A stretch of 64,000 nt of DNA from Octopus vulgaris (GCA_951406725.2 OX597822.1:109616001-109680000), one strand, 5' to 3'. Counted from the first letter of the stretch, positions 42,838 through 57,122 are shown. Made by a program: numbers and translations. The notes: a model not told the origin generated them from the sequence alone.

Positions 42838-44364
42838 GTAAATGTTGGCTGTGCTCAATCTGTTATTAACAAACTGTAGTCCCACTCAAATAATAATATG
42901 GTCACTTTCCCCGACTTATCCATCGCCACAGAATTTCACGCTTTGTGACTATATTGCAAGCAATTATTACAAGTATTATTAAACCTGAAGTATTAACTAC
43001 AAAAACCGAAAAGCCAGACAAACCATTAGCATTATCATCTGTGACAATAACAACCATAATTGCAACGGAATCAGCAGCAGTGGAAGCTGGCCCTGCGGCA
43101 TCTTCCTCGGCATCTTCCTCGGCATTTATAAAATACTTACTAAACTGAAACAAATGTACTATTATGGAGAAATTATTCTGTGCTGGTATTGTACACATTT
43201 TTTGTTGGAGGCAATTGAAGATAATAGCGTTAGAAACAAATTGAATTATCCCAACTGTTCAATCAATAACTGATGTTATTCATTTAACTTTCGCTATTCT
43301 ATACTTAGATTTTCACATCGCATCACGCTCTAATCATTCCATCTCACTGCTTTGCTTTTATTATTTGGTTCGATTAACTCACTTGTATTATTTTCTTATA
43401 TTTTTTTATTGTTAGCTAGTTACTCAGTCAGAAGTGACACATTTGAAAAATGAAATGTGCATTATTAGTACAGGAGTAATTAATTTTGTAACTTTTATTT
43501 ATAGTAAATACAATATCACTCTCCGTTTACCCAATCTGCCATTTCTAATGGTTATTTTCCTGATGTTTTCTGCGTAATTGACAGATACTGTGTTAAGTGC
43601 TTACTCTTCCACCTCTAAAAACATGAACAGTATTTACGCTAATAAATATTTGGCAGTAATGCTAACAATTATTTGAATATACAAATAAATTAGGAAGAGT
43701 GCTCGGGAAAAAGGAAAAGAAGCTAAAATTAAAGGTAGTAGCCTTCAAGCAATATTATACATAGAAATTAATTATCTAAATTAAATACGGAATTTACTAA
43801 CAATGGTGTTGTATATGCTAGTCAAGCGCGCATGAGCACGAAATTGAAAATCTCTTTCTGTGGGTTCTTCAAACGTCTTACAAGTGATGTGTGGATGCTC
43901 ACGTACATGTAGTGCACAATAGTACTACAGTGCAGAAAGAGAAATTTTCGAAGAATCAGACACACTAAATGGGCTAATACACACTATATTTGAATAAATA
44001 TTGCGTGAATCAATGAAAATTATTTTAGTGTAATCGAATTTACGTAATAAGAGTGAAATGTATTTTCTAGTATACGTATAATGGGTCACATTTATGTGTG
44101 CATATATAAGAGGGGGGTTTGTTAATTTGTGTATTTGTTTGGTAGAGGAAACCAAACTGATGAACAAAACAATTTGAAAATAAATTCTGAATGAATGAAT
44201 TCTCGAAATATTTAGCACTGTTGTCCTTTTTGTAGGCTATTATTATTATTATTATTATTATTATTGTTCTGATTCGTAATTATTTTATTACTATTACGCC
44301 ATTTTTATAAGCACGCATTCACATTTTGCATATAAATGATGGAAGCTTAAATCAAAAGCATGTA

Positions 44365-45581
44365 CAGGGGTTGGACAAAATAATGGAAACACCTAGCATC
44401 ATAGCATCATAATTCTGCAATATCTATAAAACTATTAAAAACTTGTTTATTTTTATGGTTTTTTTATTTATCATTAGTGAAGCTTAATAAGTTTTGCTAA
44501 AATTGCTGTTTCTCTTCAGGTATCATCACAAAAAGTGAATTAAAATTCATAAAAATTACAGATGTATCTAACTTTCAAAGAGGTCAAACTGTTGGTGCTC
44601 GTATGACAGGCGCTATCGATATACCGCAATGTTTGGTATATCAAGAAGTACTGCCTCGAAAGTAATGACAGCCTTTGTGAAAGAGGCAAAAACTTGCTCG
44701 TCGAAACAAAACTCCGGAAGAAATCCAAAACTTTCGGATTCTTACGCGAATTGTTAGAAAGAATCACAAAAGTAAAGCTCCCAGAATTACTGCTGGGTTT
44801 AATGCCCAGTTCGAGAACCCAGTTTCCACAAAGCATGTTCGTCGGGAGCTGCACAAAGCCGGGTTTCACGGGTGGACTGCAATAAGAAAACCACTACTTT
44901 CAAAAACAAACGATGTAAATGTTTAGAGTGGAGGAGAAAACCTACAGAATTGGTCCTTAGAGCTGTGGAAGAATGCTATTTTCTCGGACGAATCATCCTT
45001 TACTTTATTTCTGACCACTAGCCGAGTATACGTGTGGAAAGAGCCAAAAGAAGTATTTGACTCAGACTCCCTTCTTCCAACTGTTAAACATGGAGGAGGA
45101 TCGGTGACGATCTGTGGGGCTATATCTTGGAAATTCGCAGGCCCAATGGTTTCCTTTTATGGCAGAAATAACAGTCAAGACTAAGCATTTTATCTGATCA
45201 AATTCATCCTATGATTGCGGAGGTGTTTCCAGAGGGAAACGCAATCTTTAAGGGTGATAATGCACCAATTCACAAAGCTAAAGTTTTTGCTGAATGGCAC
45301 GAGGAACACCCCAGTGATGTTGAACAGCTTATCCGGCCACCGGTACATTTTAGAAAAATAAGTAAGGAGTCGATACCCTCCACCATCATCACTACAAGAA
45401 CTGGAGACTGTTTTAGCTGAAGAACGGACAAAAATTCCTTTGGAAACACTTCAAACTTTGTACGAGTCCATACCTCATAGAGTTCAATGGGTTTTTTCTG
45501 CCAAAGTTGGTCCTACCCCATATTAAAATAAATTTGTTTGAAAATTGTTTATGGTATTTTCATTATTTTGTCCAACTCCTC
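44365..45581 (+). mobile_element. Tc1-family DNA transposon with TIRs and TA TSD; frameshifted transposase
   Basis: TIRs caggggttggacaaaataatggaaacacc / ggtattttcattattttgtccaactcctc. Motifs FSDESSF, VKHGGGSV and FKGDNAPIH. Confidence 0.93.
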
Positions 45582-46116
45582 TATATCAAATCTGCTCATA
45601 TTAGATGTAGTTTAACATCAATTACAGAAATTTCTAGAAAACTCTCACATTTTCTGAATGCAAACCTTTCATATTAAAATGTTATATTTTATCAACATAT
45701 ATAGCTATATAAGGCGTAATACCTAAAATTTTCTCTACGTTCAAAATATGTGTATACGTTTATAAGGGTATATGAAGAAAAGTACTCTAGGTGAGAATCG
45801 AGCATATGGCGCACGAGACTATCCGTTCCTACAATTTGATTGTAATAGTTTACTTGATTTTCAAATGTCGTAATAGATTCTACTTCTTTCCATATATTTG
45901 CAAAAAATGTCTCCAGTAAAAACTTTCATATATAGCTATACTTTTAGTTATCTCAAATGTATTTGATCTTTGGTTGAACACTTTCCCAACGGCCAGAATT
46001 CATGCCATTTACGCTAAGTGTATGAAAGAAAAATATATGCTGTTTGCACGAAATTTGCTTGCGTTGCTGTTGCAATGCACGTATTTTATATTTGTATGCA
46101 AGTAAATAAATAAACG

Positions 46117-46152
<36 letters not shown>

Positions 46153-47119
46153 GATATACATATATACACATACATACATACATACATACATGCATTAATG
46201 TCTGTCTATGTGTGTATGATCTGACACATCGACTTTATATTTTATTCTATTAAGACAGGAAACTTTCTACCTCACCTTTTGGTGGTCAAAATCAATATGC
46301 ACGAATTATTTGAATCAAACATTGCTGTTCCATAGCATTCATGGTATTGATAACAATCTCTCTTCGTACCCTAGTTTGCTCGACCTTAAACATTAATCAA
46401 TGCTCTGAATTCACTTTTCTGGAAAGTGATAACATCAGAGACTCTAAAATGAACCATATTATTGATTTGTAACCTTCGAACGCGGCTTCAAATATTTAGG
46501 GAAGTAGTATAACCGAATACATTAAGTGAAGTTCATGGACAGAGAACGCATTGAAACAAGCTTAGACCTGTGAATAGAAAGTAACCAAGCAAGAGTTTGA
46601 ATTATATCACGAATGCTAATAGTTATGCAAACCAAGTAATCTGTCGGCAAAAACTAAGAGTATTTTAGATGAATTACATGTATATGACAAATTTCAAATT
46701 TTGTCGAGAACTATATACTCCAATGCATTGTTCTCGGTACTCTAGTCGAACAAATCGTTCGCGACATCAGCTCTTCATTGGTAATAATGATGTTGCATGT
46801 CCATTATCCTCATGTTAAACTTTCGTGGCAGAAATGCAATTTAGTGTAGTGTTGCATGTTGTCTGTTTGATTTGTAGGAATGCGATTTTCTAGATTTGTT
46901 TCAGGTGATGACATTGCATTCGTATAGCCTGGTAAAATATATGTACCTTCCACAATGATGAAAACAGTGAGAAGCAAATATATGTCAGCAATATTCTTTA
47001 AATTAGAGTGTGTTTTATGTACGTTATTCAATACAATAATGTTTTATAACTCAATCCTTTATACAAATGGGGTTATTTCTCTTAGCTTGTGTCGCTTTTT
47101 TATTTATACATCATCATCA

Positions 47120-47254
47120 TTATTATTATTATTATTCAGGTTACTGTTTCGAATCGAACTCGGAATCTTGGGGTTAGTAGCCTGCGCTCTTAACCAATGC
47201 GCCGTGGGCTACAAACCCCAAGATTCCGAGTTCGACTCCAAGCAGTGACCTGAA

Positions 47255-47302
<48 letters not shown>

Positions 47303-47485
47303 TAACAACAACATCGAAAAATACCTTAGGAATGAGAACCCAGGTCCGAAATTTCCCCAAGGCTGATGAATGAATGCTGGATTGTATATCAGCCGAAACG
47401 TTGTGTTCACAACAAACAAGAGGACACATATCCGTCAAATATAAATAACGTACATAATTCCTCATCTCTTAAATATAGAACTGTA
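47120..47485 (+). mobile_element. tRNA-head/(AAT)n/hammerhead short element with head-to-head inverted 5' duplication
   Basis: Inverted tRNA-like head at 47137-47203 joined to a forward head at 47204-47255, then (AAT)n. HHR at 47363-47406 (CTGATGA...gctg..cagcc-GAAA-cgtt-gtgtt). Tail cataattcctcatctcttaaatatagaactg. Confidence 0.8.
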
Positions 47486-47645
47486 TTAAATGCAAAACAT
47501 ACCTAGAATTCTATACACAAATGTAACAGTCGCTGGTATTTTTAATAGAATCTGAAGTAAAATCTCCAAATAGTGTTGGTGTATCATAAAAAAATTGATT
47601 TTACTTTATTTTATGTTATGCTGTTTAATACATAGTATATTCATA

Positions 47646-47960
47646 GCGTGGCCTAGTGGTTAGGGCATTCGGCTCACGATTGTCAAGTCGTGAGTTCGAT
47701 TTCCGGCGACGCGTTGTGTCCTTGAGCAAGAAGCTTTATTTCACGTTGCTCCAGTCCACTCAGCTGGCAATAATGAGTTTTACCTGTATTTCAAAGGACC
47801 GGCCTTGTCACACTCTGTCTCAGGCTGAATCTCCCTGAGAACTACGTTAGGGATACGCGTGTCTGTGAATTTCTCAGTTACTTGCACCTTAATTTCACGA
47901 GCAAGCTGTTCCGTTGATCGTATCAAATGGGACCGTCGTCGTCGTAACCGACGGAGTGCT
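47646..47960 (+). mobile_element. tRNA-derived SINE family C
   Basis: A box tggcctagtgg, B box gagttcgatt. A second copy lies at 61150-61468. Confidence 0.88.
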
Positions 47961-48311
47961 CCTTATATTCATAACATATAATGTTAAAATGTATCTAATG
48001 TGACACCATTTCGTCTTTACATGTGTAACTTTTTACAGTATTGCTCCCGTTCCATCTTCGAAAGAATATTCAGCATCGGGGCATGAGTGTAGTAGCCTAC
48101 GTATCCTTTCCTTATATCTGCAAACCGTTACAGAAACCCGGCATTAACATCTTCACGGTGTAAAACGTCTAATTTTTGACACAAGCATGAGATGCATTGT
48201 GAAATAACAAATACACATGCAAGTAAATTGCATAAAAGCTAGCTTGTTTATCATATAATCCCGATTTTAATCCAGCGATCTAGTACTTTAAAATTTTTTA
48301 TTCTATCATAT

Positions 48312-48723
48312 AGGCGCAGGAGTGGCTGTGTGGTAAGTAGCTTGCTAACCAACCACATGGTTTCAGGTTCAGTCCCACAGCGTGGCATCTTGGGCAAGTG
48401 TCTTCTGCTATAGCTCCGGGCCGACCAATGCCTTGTGAGTGGATTTGGTAGACGGAAACTGAAAGAAGCCTGTCGTATATGTGTATATATATATAAGTGT
48501 GTGTGTGTATATGTTTGTGTGTCTGTGTTTGTCCTCCTAGCATTGCTTGACAACCGATGCTGGTGTGTTTACATCCCCATCACTTAGCGGTTTGGCAAAA
48601 CAGACCGATAGAATAAGTACTGGGCTTACAAAGAATAAGTCCCGGGGTCGATTTGCTCGACTAAAGGCGGTGCTCTAGCATGGCCGCAGTCAAATGACTG
48701 AAATAAGTAAAAGAGTAAAAGAA
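48312..48723 (+). mobile_element. SINE family A, full length, 8-bp TSD
   Basis: TSD tatcatat at 48304-11 and 48724-31. Confidence 0.93.
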
Positions 48724-49591
48724 TATCATATGCTCAAAATGATAGGAAAGTTCACGAAAATGATGCAGGAGAATCTAAAATTCTCCATCATTTGCACAAT
48801 AACCTGATAACTAATTAATTCCTTTGAGAAGCCAACTGTAATACACGTCGTCGATAACGATGTGTGATAGATTCATTTTACTTTATAAATAAGAAAATTT
48901 TGGTGTATTTGCAATCCAACTGATCGTTAAATTCTTCTTTTGTTAAGCTAAATTTGTGTTGTATGTTTTACTGACACTATGTCAAACATATATTTCATTT
49001 AATTCTTTCGAAGAAGTTATAGCCTTGAGGTTTATCTTTCGAGTTCTTTCACATATGAAATTACCGGAATATGATTTCATTTATAGATAATGTATGGTAT
49101 GCAATATTCCGTAGCAATTTCGTCAACGAAACCTTTTCCTGAATAATCTGAAAACGATTATATTTCAAATACCACATGAAGTGTTTCTCAACGCAAACAT
49201 CATTTACGTATTGAACTTAATAACACCGCATATATTAAGAAACCTTTCAAATACTACTTTATTCAGTACTGCATTGCAGCTTTATATTCTGTCGAAGGTT
49301 GAGCCTGAGCGATATAATAATAGAATATAGATCTTTAAAGATGGGATAAATGTCATTTGTGATACATTTTTTAACATCGTATAATATGAATCATTATATT
49401 CATAATACAAAATAGCACAATATAAAAGATAGAAAAAACAGTGTTTATAACAAACCAACACTGCTGGAAATCAGGTACATTGGGATTAAAATTAGGACTT
49501 AGAATTAGTGTGAAGTTAGAATTCGAAATATGCACCTTGGTCAGTTAACAGTTACTCTTGTTGTACATAGAAACGCAAAGTTTTGTATATA

Positions 49592-49969
49592 CACTACCGT
49601 CAGAAATTAATTAGCACCCTTGATTTGCTCTTCACTCAAGGTATGTGCTGTCACCTAGTGGCCATATCTCGAACTATTGCTTTGTTGCGAGTTCACTGTT
49701 GCGCAGAACGATGACGTAACTTTGTTTGCAGAGCAGTTTGAGAGTCTACAAGCCTTATGATGTTGACATAGCAGTGCAACAACTTGGAGTGCGGATGCAG
49801 ACAAATCTTCCTTGGTTTAATAGATATAGGTAGCGCCTCGCAAGGACCGAAATCACACCATACTAAGTTTTCTCATCGCGTAAGACGTTTTGAACAGCTC
49901 ATAGGTTAATTGATTTAACCTATTTAATGTAGAAATTTGAGAAGTGCTAATTAATTTCTGACGCAAGTG
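49592..49969. mobile_element. Tc1-derived MITE
   Basis: TIRs cactaccgtcagaaattaattagcac / gtgctaattaatttctgacgcaagtg, TA on both sides. Confidence 0.88.
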
Positions 49970-50954
49970 TAAGTGATGAGAAATATATTACCATTTCACC
50001 TTATTCTCTTATTTTCTATTTCTCGGCATTTTTCTTCCATTTGTAGAATTATAATGCAATCTAATTTTCTAAAGCTTTATCCAAGAATTACAACATATTT
50101 CTTTTAATGATGAATAAGTAACAATAAATGTAAGCAACTGAAAAATTATTTCTCTTCTATCAAAATGAAAAATAATCTAAAACGTTTTCTTTTATCGAAG
50201 AGTTAACGCAGCAGTTTCCAGTGCCAGCAGGAATAAACCGTACTAGAAAAATATACATCAATTCATTATTATGAGATAATATTCTAAGAAAAAGAAAATC
50301 CTAGACACTTTATTGCTGCTGTTTTGCAATATTTCAAGAAAACTCCAATTTCCTCTGGCAGGGATTATATGAATGGATAACCTACGTGTTTAAAAAGAAT
50401 AACTGACTTGTTCAAAATGTTTAAGCTTTATTTATTTTCACATTTCCTTTAACTAACGTATATATTTTTCAATTATTTTCCTTTGCTTGCCTTGATCTAG
50501 TGTTTTTCCTATACATTGCAATAAAATTCATACCTAGCTGCTTCCAGAAAATTTGTAAAATATTTTTTTAAGACTAACTACATTTTAGCAAAGTGGAGTG
50601 GAGAGAGCGTGAAGTAATTATGACTATCATGCTATTCTCCTTTTCAAAATGTTTCTTAATATAAGGTGCTGTCAATGTATACGTGTGCATGTACACGCTC
50701 ACATAAAACATTACACTGGCCGTCAGATCTATTTCCTCTGTCAATTTATAGTTAATATACACAATTCATATCTCAGTTCTATTATTCTATATATATATAT
50801 AATAAGAAGACAGAGCTGTCCAGCAGGAAAGCTCTATCTGCTTATATGCCTTTTATGACCTTTTCACACCTGAGAAAAATATATCACTGTATTTGAAAGC
50901 TAAGTCACTTATGAACAGATTACACGAATATCATTCATATACCTTATATATATT

Positions 50955-51002
<48 letters not shown>

Positions 51003-51138
51003 TATTATTTATACATATATACATATATACACATCCATATAGATACATATATGTATCCTTATAAGTATACATACATGTGTGTGTGTGTGTGCATATAGTT
51101 AGATAAATATTACAAAATTTTACCTGTTTACAACTGAC

Positions 51139-51562
51139 GGATCTTTTCGGTTTGAACGGCAGTTTTTAAAAATAATTTCCACGTAACTAAACACTTTTAA
51201 ACTTCGTATACTGGTAGAATGTGTTTATAAAGCATCTTTTTCTCTTGGCTTTATTGAGTAAATTCTATAGTTTGTAAGATATGTGTTGTTTTTTTCTTCA
51301 ATTTCTGCAATTTCAACCAATCAATGACGTCTATTGAGGTGAAAACATTATGTGCTCGTTTAAGAAACAGATTGGGTTTATTTACATTTCTGAAGAACCA
51401 AAGATACCCTTCCCCTACCCCTAACCGCAACCCTAACTAACCCTGCCTAACCCTAACCCTAAAATAGATTGAAATGCAATAGATCGATACTAGGGTCATA
51501 ATTATGCGTGACAATTTCATATGACACCGCTAGAAAAACTGCCGTTCAAACCGAAAAGAGCC
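51139..51562 (+). mobile_element. MITE with ~29 bp TIRs, 8-bp TSD and internal CCCTAA repeats
   Basis: TIR ggatcttttcggtttgaacggcagttttt, TSD caactgac at 51131-38 and 51563-70. Confidence 0.93.
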
Positions 51563-53091
51563 CAACTGACTTTTTTTGACACTGTACGTTGAAACTGAAC
51601 CAACTATGTTTTGGAAGCACCATGAAATTACATAGATATTTACAAAATAATTACATAATTTCTTGAGATGGAGGGTTTTTAACTTTTACTAGTGTTATTA
51701 AATGGCTCTACAACGACGCGATTGCTCTCTCTCTCTCTCTCTCTCTCTTGTTATAGGTGTTCGTGTGCTGACTAGTTGCACGCACGCGTGTGAGTAGACA
51801 GGCTTGTGTGTGGGTGTGCGTGGATATATCACTCAATTTGAATTATTTGTTTTCAAACTTAGTTCATTGTGTTCGCTTTCAATTGCTATTCTAGTTTTGG
51901 GAACATACTTGAACCAGCATTTAACACTGTAAAGTGACACTTTGGTATATTCGATTTTTATCACAGCATTCAAGTTTACAATTTGCAAAACTATTTTAAT
52001 TTTGAATGTATAAATTACCAGTTCACTGAGTCTTTTAGATAAACCGCTTTTTGAAGATCAGTATTCCATATTCTCTGTAAATTTTGAGGATATTATGTCG
52101 CCCATATATGCACAGAATTTCTAATGTAAATCTTTTTTTTTTTTGCACTTTTGCAAAGAATATAATTTAGAAGAACTTAAGTTCACGTGAATAAAAGTGA
52201 TCGTGAATGTTATATACCGATGTAATAAGACAGTAAGGAACCGAATGAATGTTACACCAACAGTTCGATTTCAGTAACACTGTATGCATCTTCATATGTG
52301 TGTGCATGTATGCATGAATGTATATATGTATGTATGAATATGCATGTAAGTGCTTGTGTTAGTTAACGTAAGGCATCAAAGTCGCTGAGTTTGGTAGCGA
52401 ATTAGTCTGATGTAATACACGACCACTCTATAATTGCGGCCCTGGCTCTATGATATGTACTATTTTAATGTTATTGAATAACCGTAGGCGAATAATTTCG
52501 TTCAAATGGAGTCTCAATATAAGCCTATTGATTTTTATTTGTGTCATATAATGTTGCTTTCTTTTGTATTCGGTTGGGTTGATTTTGATAATGTCAAGAG
52601 CGCAGGTTAACCGGATTAGCGTTCTGTCCGGTTCAAAAAGACCGCTGTTCCAGTTCATCTGCGCCCGGACTCAGTTGTCTTCCACCAGAATGGAGTTGAT
52701 TTTACAATATTGTGTTTTTATTGAATGTTTATTTGGTGATTGCTGCTTGAATGGTTTCTGTAAATGCGAGGTATCGATCTACCTGAAACATTTGCATTTT
52801 TATACTATCAGTAGACTATTGTACCACAATTAAAAAGGCATAGATTGTTTATAAATTAGCATCGGCTTTGTATTGCTTCCTTAAACGAAACACTAAACTG
52901 GGATATCCAATATTGTATCGAATTAAAATATAATATACTCCGTAACTAGCAGCAAATTGAAAGATTTTAGAATCGAAAGTATATCTATTTAGTCACAAAA
53001 ACACTCGGTATGTAATGACACTTACCTTATCTAGCAGGACATTGTTGAAGACTTGTAAATAGAAAGAAAGACAGAATTACTTAAACTATAT

Positions 53092-53460
53092 GTATCGGTT
53101 ACGACGATGAGGGTTCCGGTTGATCCGAATCAACGGAACAGCCTGCTCGTGAAATTAACGTGTAAGTGGCTGAGCACTCCACAGACACGTGCACTCTTAA
53201 CGTAGTTCTCGAGGATATTCAGCGTGACACAGAGAGTGACAAAGCCGGTCCCTACAATAGAAACAGGAAGTAAGAGTGAGAGAATGTTGTGGTGAAAGAG
53301 TACAGCAGGGATCACCACCATCCCTGCCGGAGCCTCATGGAGCTTTTAGGTGTTTTCGCTCAATAAACACTCACAACAACCGGTCTAGGGAATCGAAACC
53401 GCGATCCTGCGACCGCGAGTCCGCTGCCCTAACTACTGGGCCATTGCACCTCCACTACTG
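53092..53460 (-). mobile_element. tRNA(Arg)-like SINE family D sharing its 3' tail with family C
   Basis: Head tggcccagtagttagggcagcggacTCGcggtc...ggtttcgattccc, TSD aaactatat at 53083-91 and 53461-69. Confidence 0.88.
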
Positions 53461-53875
53461 AAACTATATCACTGTGCTAGTAATTGTACTAATGCGTTGT
53501 TCAAATACTCTAAGTATGAATATATACAGCTCATTTACTTTTCGATTATTGTAATTTTGTTTAATGCACTGGACGTAACGTAACTACTTCGATGTGCGTC
53601 GTCATAGGTCCATCATTTCCGTCCATTCTCATAGAGAAACTAAATATTTCTTATATGAAGCAATACACCATAAATAAATGTTGCAATCTTGCCTCTTTTA
53701 GCTAGAGTATTGTTTGGAGGATCGAGATTAAATATTCAGTTGTGATTACCGTAATTATAAAATAGTAAATAATTGCAGATTTGAAATTTTATTAGAAATT
53801 TTTATTATCTTCCTTCATTAAATTAGAAAAATCAAGAAGTATGTGGAGTTGGAATGCACTTCAGTTAGAAATACA

Positions 53876-54272
53876 TATATTCTTTTCTGCTCTAGGCACA
53901 AGGCCCGAAATTTTGGGGGTGGGGGTCTCTCGATTAGATCGACCCTAGTACGCAACTGATACTTAATTTATCGACCTTGAGAAGGTGAAGTCGACCTCGG
54001 CTGAATTTCAACTCAGAACGTAGAGACATACGAAATACCTATTTCTTTACTACATACAAGGGGCTAAAACACAGAGAGGACAAACAAGGACAGGCACACG
54101 GATTAAGTCGATTATATCGACCCCAGTGCGTAACTGGTACTTATTTAATCGACACCGAAAGGATGAAAGGCTAAATCGACCTCGGCGGAATTTGATCTCA
54201 GAACGTAACGGCAGACGAAATACCGCTAAGCATTACGCCCGGCGTGCTTACGATTCTACCAGCTCGCCGCAT
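53876..54272 (-). mobile_element. SINE family B, dimeric form
   Basis: Full monomer followed by a second B-box/central-domain unit. TSD ttagaaataca at 53865-75 and 54273-83. Confidence 0.88.
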
Positions 54273-56202
54273 TTAGAAATACAAATATTGATGATGCACG
54301 TATATGCAATCCCTGTTTTGAGTCTATAAATGGGACAAGACATGCTCGTCTTCGTAGGAAACATCCACTCATTTCCGTTTTGAACCGTCGCACATAACAG
54401 TATCTTCGCTTTTTATTTATTTTTGTGTTTTCATTCAATTTCAACAACTAAATCCAAGCATTCCTAGATAATGGTAAAAACTCTATACTTTAGTTAGAAT
54501 TTAAAATCTTGCCATCAAATCACCTTCACATCCTACATTCTTAAGGAATGAAAGATCACATTGGTTCCACATAGCCATAAAATCAAGGGTTGGACATAAA
54601 TTTAATATCTTTGATCATAAATATGCATTATAAATGTTGGTTTGAGGCTAAACAAATAGAATTGCTTCTGAACTCCTAGACATTGTACAGGCATTGTGGT
54701 GTGTTCAATCTATAACTACGCCTTTTCGGGTTCCGTTCCACGGCTAAATAAATAGCAAAATTGCTTTTTCTCTCAGCTTTGAGTTCAGTAAAATTCTCTT
54801 AATAAAATGTTATTGAGAGGATCTGTGGACAGACCCTTCCCGCTTCTCTGGTGATTGATTTAATCTGTAGCTTACTTTAAGTCTTCCCCCTGGCTCTAGA
54901 AGGAATTTGGAAGAGTACAATCACTTGAAAACATTTGGGCCAAGTCCCCAATCTGAGGATAAATACAGCACCTACTTCCCTAGAAAATGCCATTAGTACT
55001 GCTCTTCTTAATCTGGCGAAGGTGCTAAATAAGGTTTACATCATTCTGTAATCCCATAACACATTCTGCGATTACCGTCGAGGAATAGAAAGATAAAATA
55101 TCAATGGAACGCCCTTTCACTCAGTATAATTGCCCTCTTCTTTTGACCCAGAATAGAAATGGAATAGCAGCCAATTCTTACACTTACAGTCAGTCACATG
55201 AGTGGTGTTAATGGCCACAGTCAGTGAGTTTCTTTTACTTAACTAAAGTCAGATACATAGAATAAAACTTTAACACCAAGGATTATTTTTTTTTATCTTG
55301 AACTTTCACTCTGCGACGTTAGCCGCTGCGCATATTATAAAATATAAAGTGCATTAACAGCTGCGCAAATAGAAAGCAAATTATTGAAAGTCTGTGGGAG
55401 TAATGTTCAAAGGATGAACGAAGTAAAATGTAGTTGTCATGAGAAAAGTTATGTAAATAACGAATATTGATACTAACATGTATTTCTAATGTTCGCCAAG
55501 GATTAGTAAATGTAATGGAAAAGTTTTCGATACAATGATTGTACCATTTGAAATAGACGATATGCTTGACAATCCAGATGAGAATTCTGAAAGCAAACGA
55601 GAATTTCTGTTTTGGTCACGTTGCAAATTCACTTTTCGTATTAATTTTTGGATTACGATACTACTACATAGATTCATATAATCCGAATAAATATGAATTT
55701 AGAAAAGTAAATCGATATTAATATCTCGGTATTTCCTATCTACACATTTGTATTGTGAGTTACAAAGTTGTTTGACAACATCTAAGAACGCAATTTCAAC
55801 GTTTATTATTGGATGCGATTAAATAGGAAAATAGTAAAATAATAGGATATCTTAGAGACTTATTTGATGGGGTTCCTTTATACTAGAATTTACCTTAGTT
55901 ATTACATAGTGTATAGCTAGAGAGCGTTTTAACAAATGCAATATAACTATATAAATAGCATTTAACTATCGAATCAGTACAAATACAATGAATATTTACT
56001 AGCCATATTTTCTTTCCGTCACCAACAAGTTATATTAATTGTATGGAATTGAAAAACAAAATGAGATAGAAAACTGTATCTCAGCTCACATTTCTATTAT
56101 TTTTTATTGTTATGTAGGAGAATAGTAATGATAGAATAAGAAATGATGTTAGAATAATTCCTCATAATTTACTATTCATATTCATATTAATATCCTCTTC
56201 AA

Positions 56203-56362
56203 AGCGGTAGGTTGACAGTATCATCACCGCGCCGAACCAAATGTATTTATTCCATCGTGAAGTGTTGAGTTCAAATATCACCGAGGTCAACTTTGCATTT
56301 CATCCTACCGAGGTCGATGAAAGAAGTGCCACTCGAGCAGTTGGGTTGATGTAATCGATTTG
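56203..56362 (+). mobile_element. Old SINE family B copy
   Basis: tgagttcaaatatcaccgaggtcaactttgcatttcatcc...gatgtaatcga. Confidence 0.7.
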
Positions 56363-56446
56363 CAAATATAGTAGAAACGATATTAATCTTCATCTCTCAA
56401 AATTTTCCTTTCTTTTACGATTCCTCTCCTTCTCTCATTGTCTTAC

Positions 56447-56482
<36 letters not shown>

Positions 56483-56601
56483 CGTGTGTGTGTCTGGGTG
56501 ATATTTATGCAAACACATAATCACAACCATACTCACACAAATACATATGTCTGTGTGTCTATATATGTGTGTGTTTATGTGTGTATGTACATATATATAC
56601 G

Positions 56602-56661
<60 letters not shown>

Positions 56662-57122
56662 AGTGAGTGAAGGCACGAAACAAAGTATCACTTAACCAAT
56701 TTGGTTGGAGTTACTTGTATTATGTAACACTTTGCCTTAGCTCCACGTTACTTACAATTTTGTGACCGCGAATCTCTCGGGATGGACGCGTCTTACGCCC
56801 TCATAAATCATATGTGTCCATGTATGCGTATGTGTGTGTGTGTGAGTGTATGTGTGTGATTGTGTATATAAGTGGTTGGCGTCTTATGACGTGAAGTAAT
56901 AGATATATATCATATGCGCTCGGTTTAGTTCACCACTAAAACTCCGGTTAGAAGTACAGCTGATAAAAGGTAGTGTCGAAGCTTCTTATCAACGATGACC
57001 GGAAGTGTTCTGTTCCTCAGAGTATTACAAACAGAGACTGTACAAGGTTATCCAATGGTATCAATTTAGACCATTTAATTGATAATTAAAAGATAGTGCA
57101 TAGGTAGATTATAGAGGCAAGA

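Larger units (their letters stand above)
39110..42871 (-). mobile_element. Decayed Ty3/Gypsy LTR retrotransposon (5' LTR, PBS, gag, PR, RT, RNase H; integrase and 3' LTR missing)
   Basis: LTR about 42293-42871 (TGTT...AACA) with PBS TGGCGAC at 42291-85. Protease QWDTCSDIT. RT AAPIVYVKK and IAYLDDILI (about 39790-39825). RNase H ASDAS...KFHKFIHGR..LQTDHRP. Confidence 0.9.

Noticed and set aside
42902-43198. ORFs on both strands with Ala/Ser/Thr-rich or hydrophobic text
   Set aside because: Decayed trinucleotide low-complexity sequence with no recognisable domain or splice support.
47137-47255. Functional tRNA genes (also the heads at 47646, 53400, 61400 and 63081)
   Set aside because: No complete acceptor stem is apparent, and each is fused to a repeat body.
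51741-51800. (CT)n-ttgttatAG-GT GTT as the TM2 continuation exon
   Set aside because: Reads GVRVLTSCTHACE*, with no TT.LT motif or TM3.
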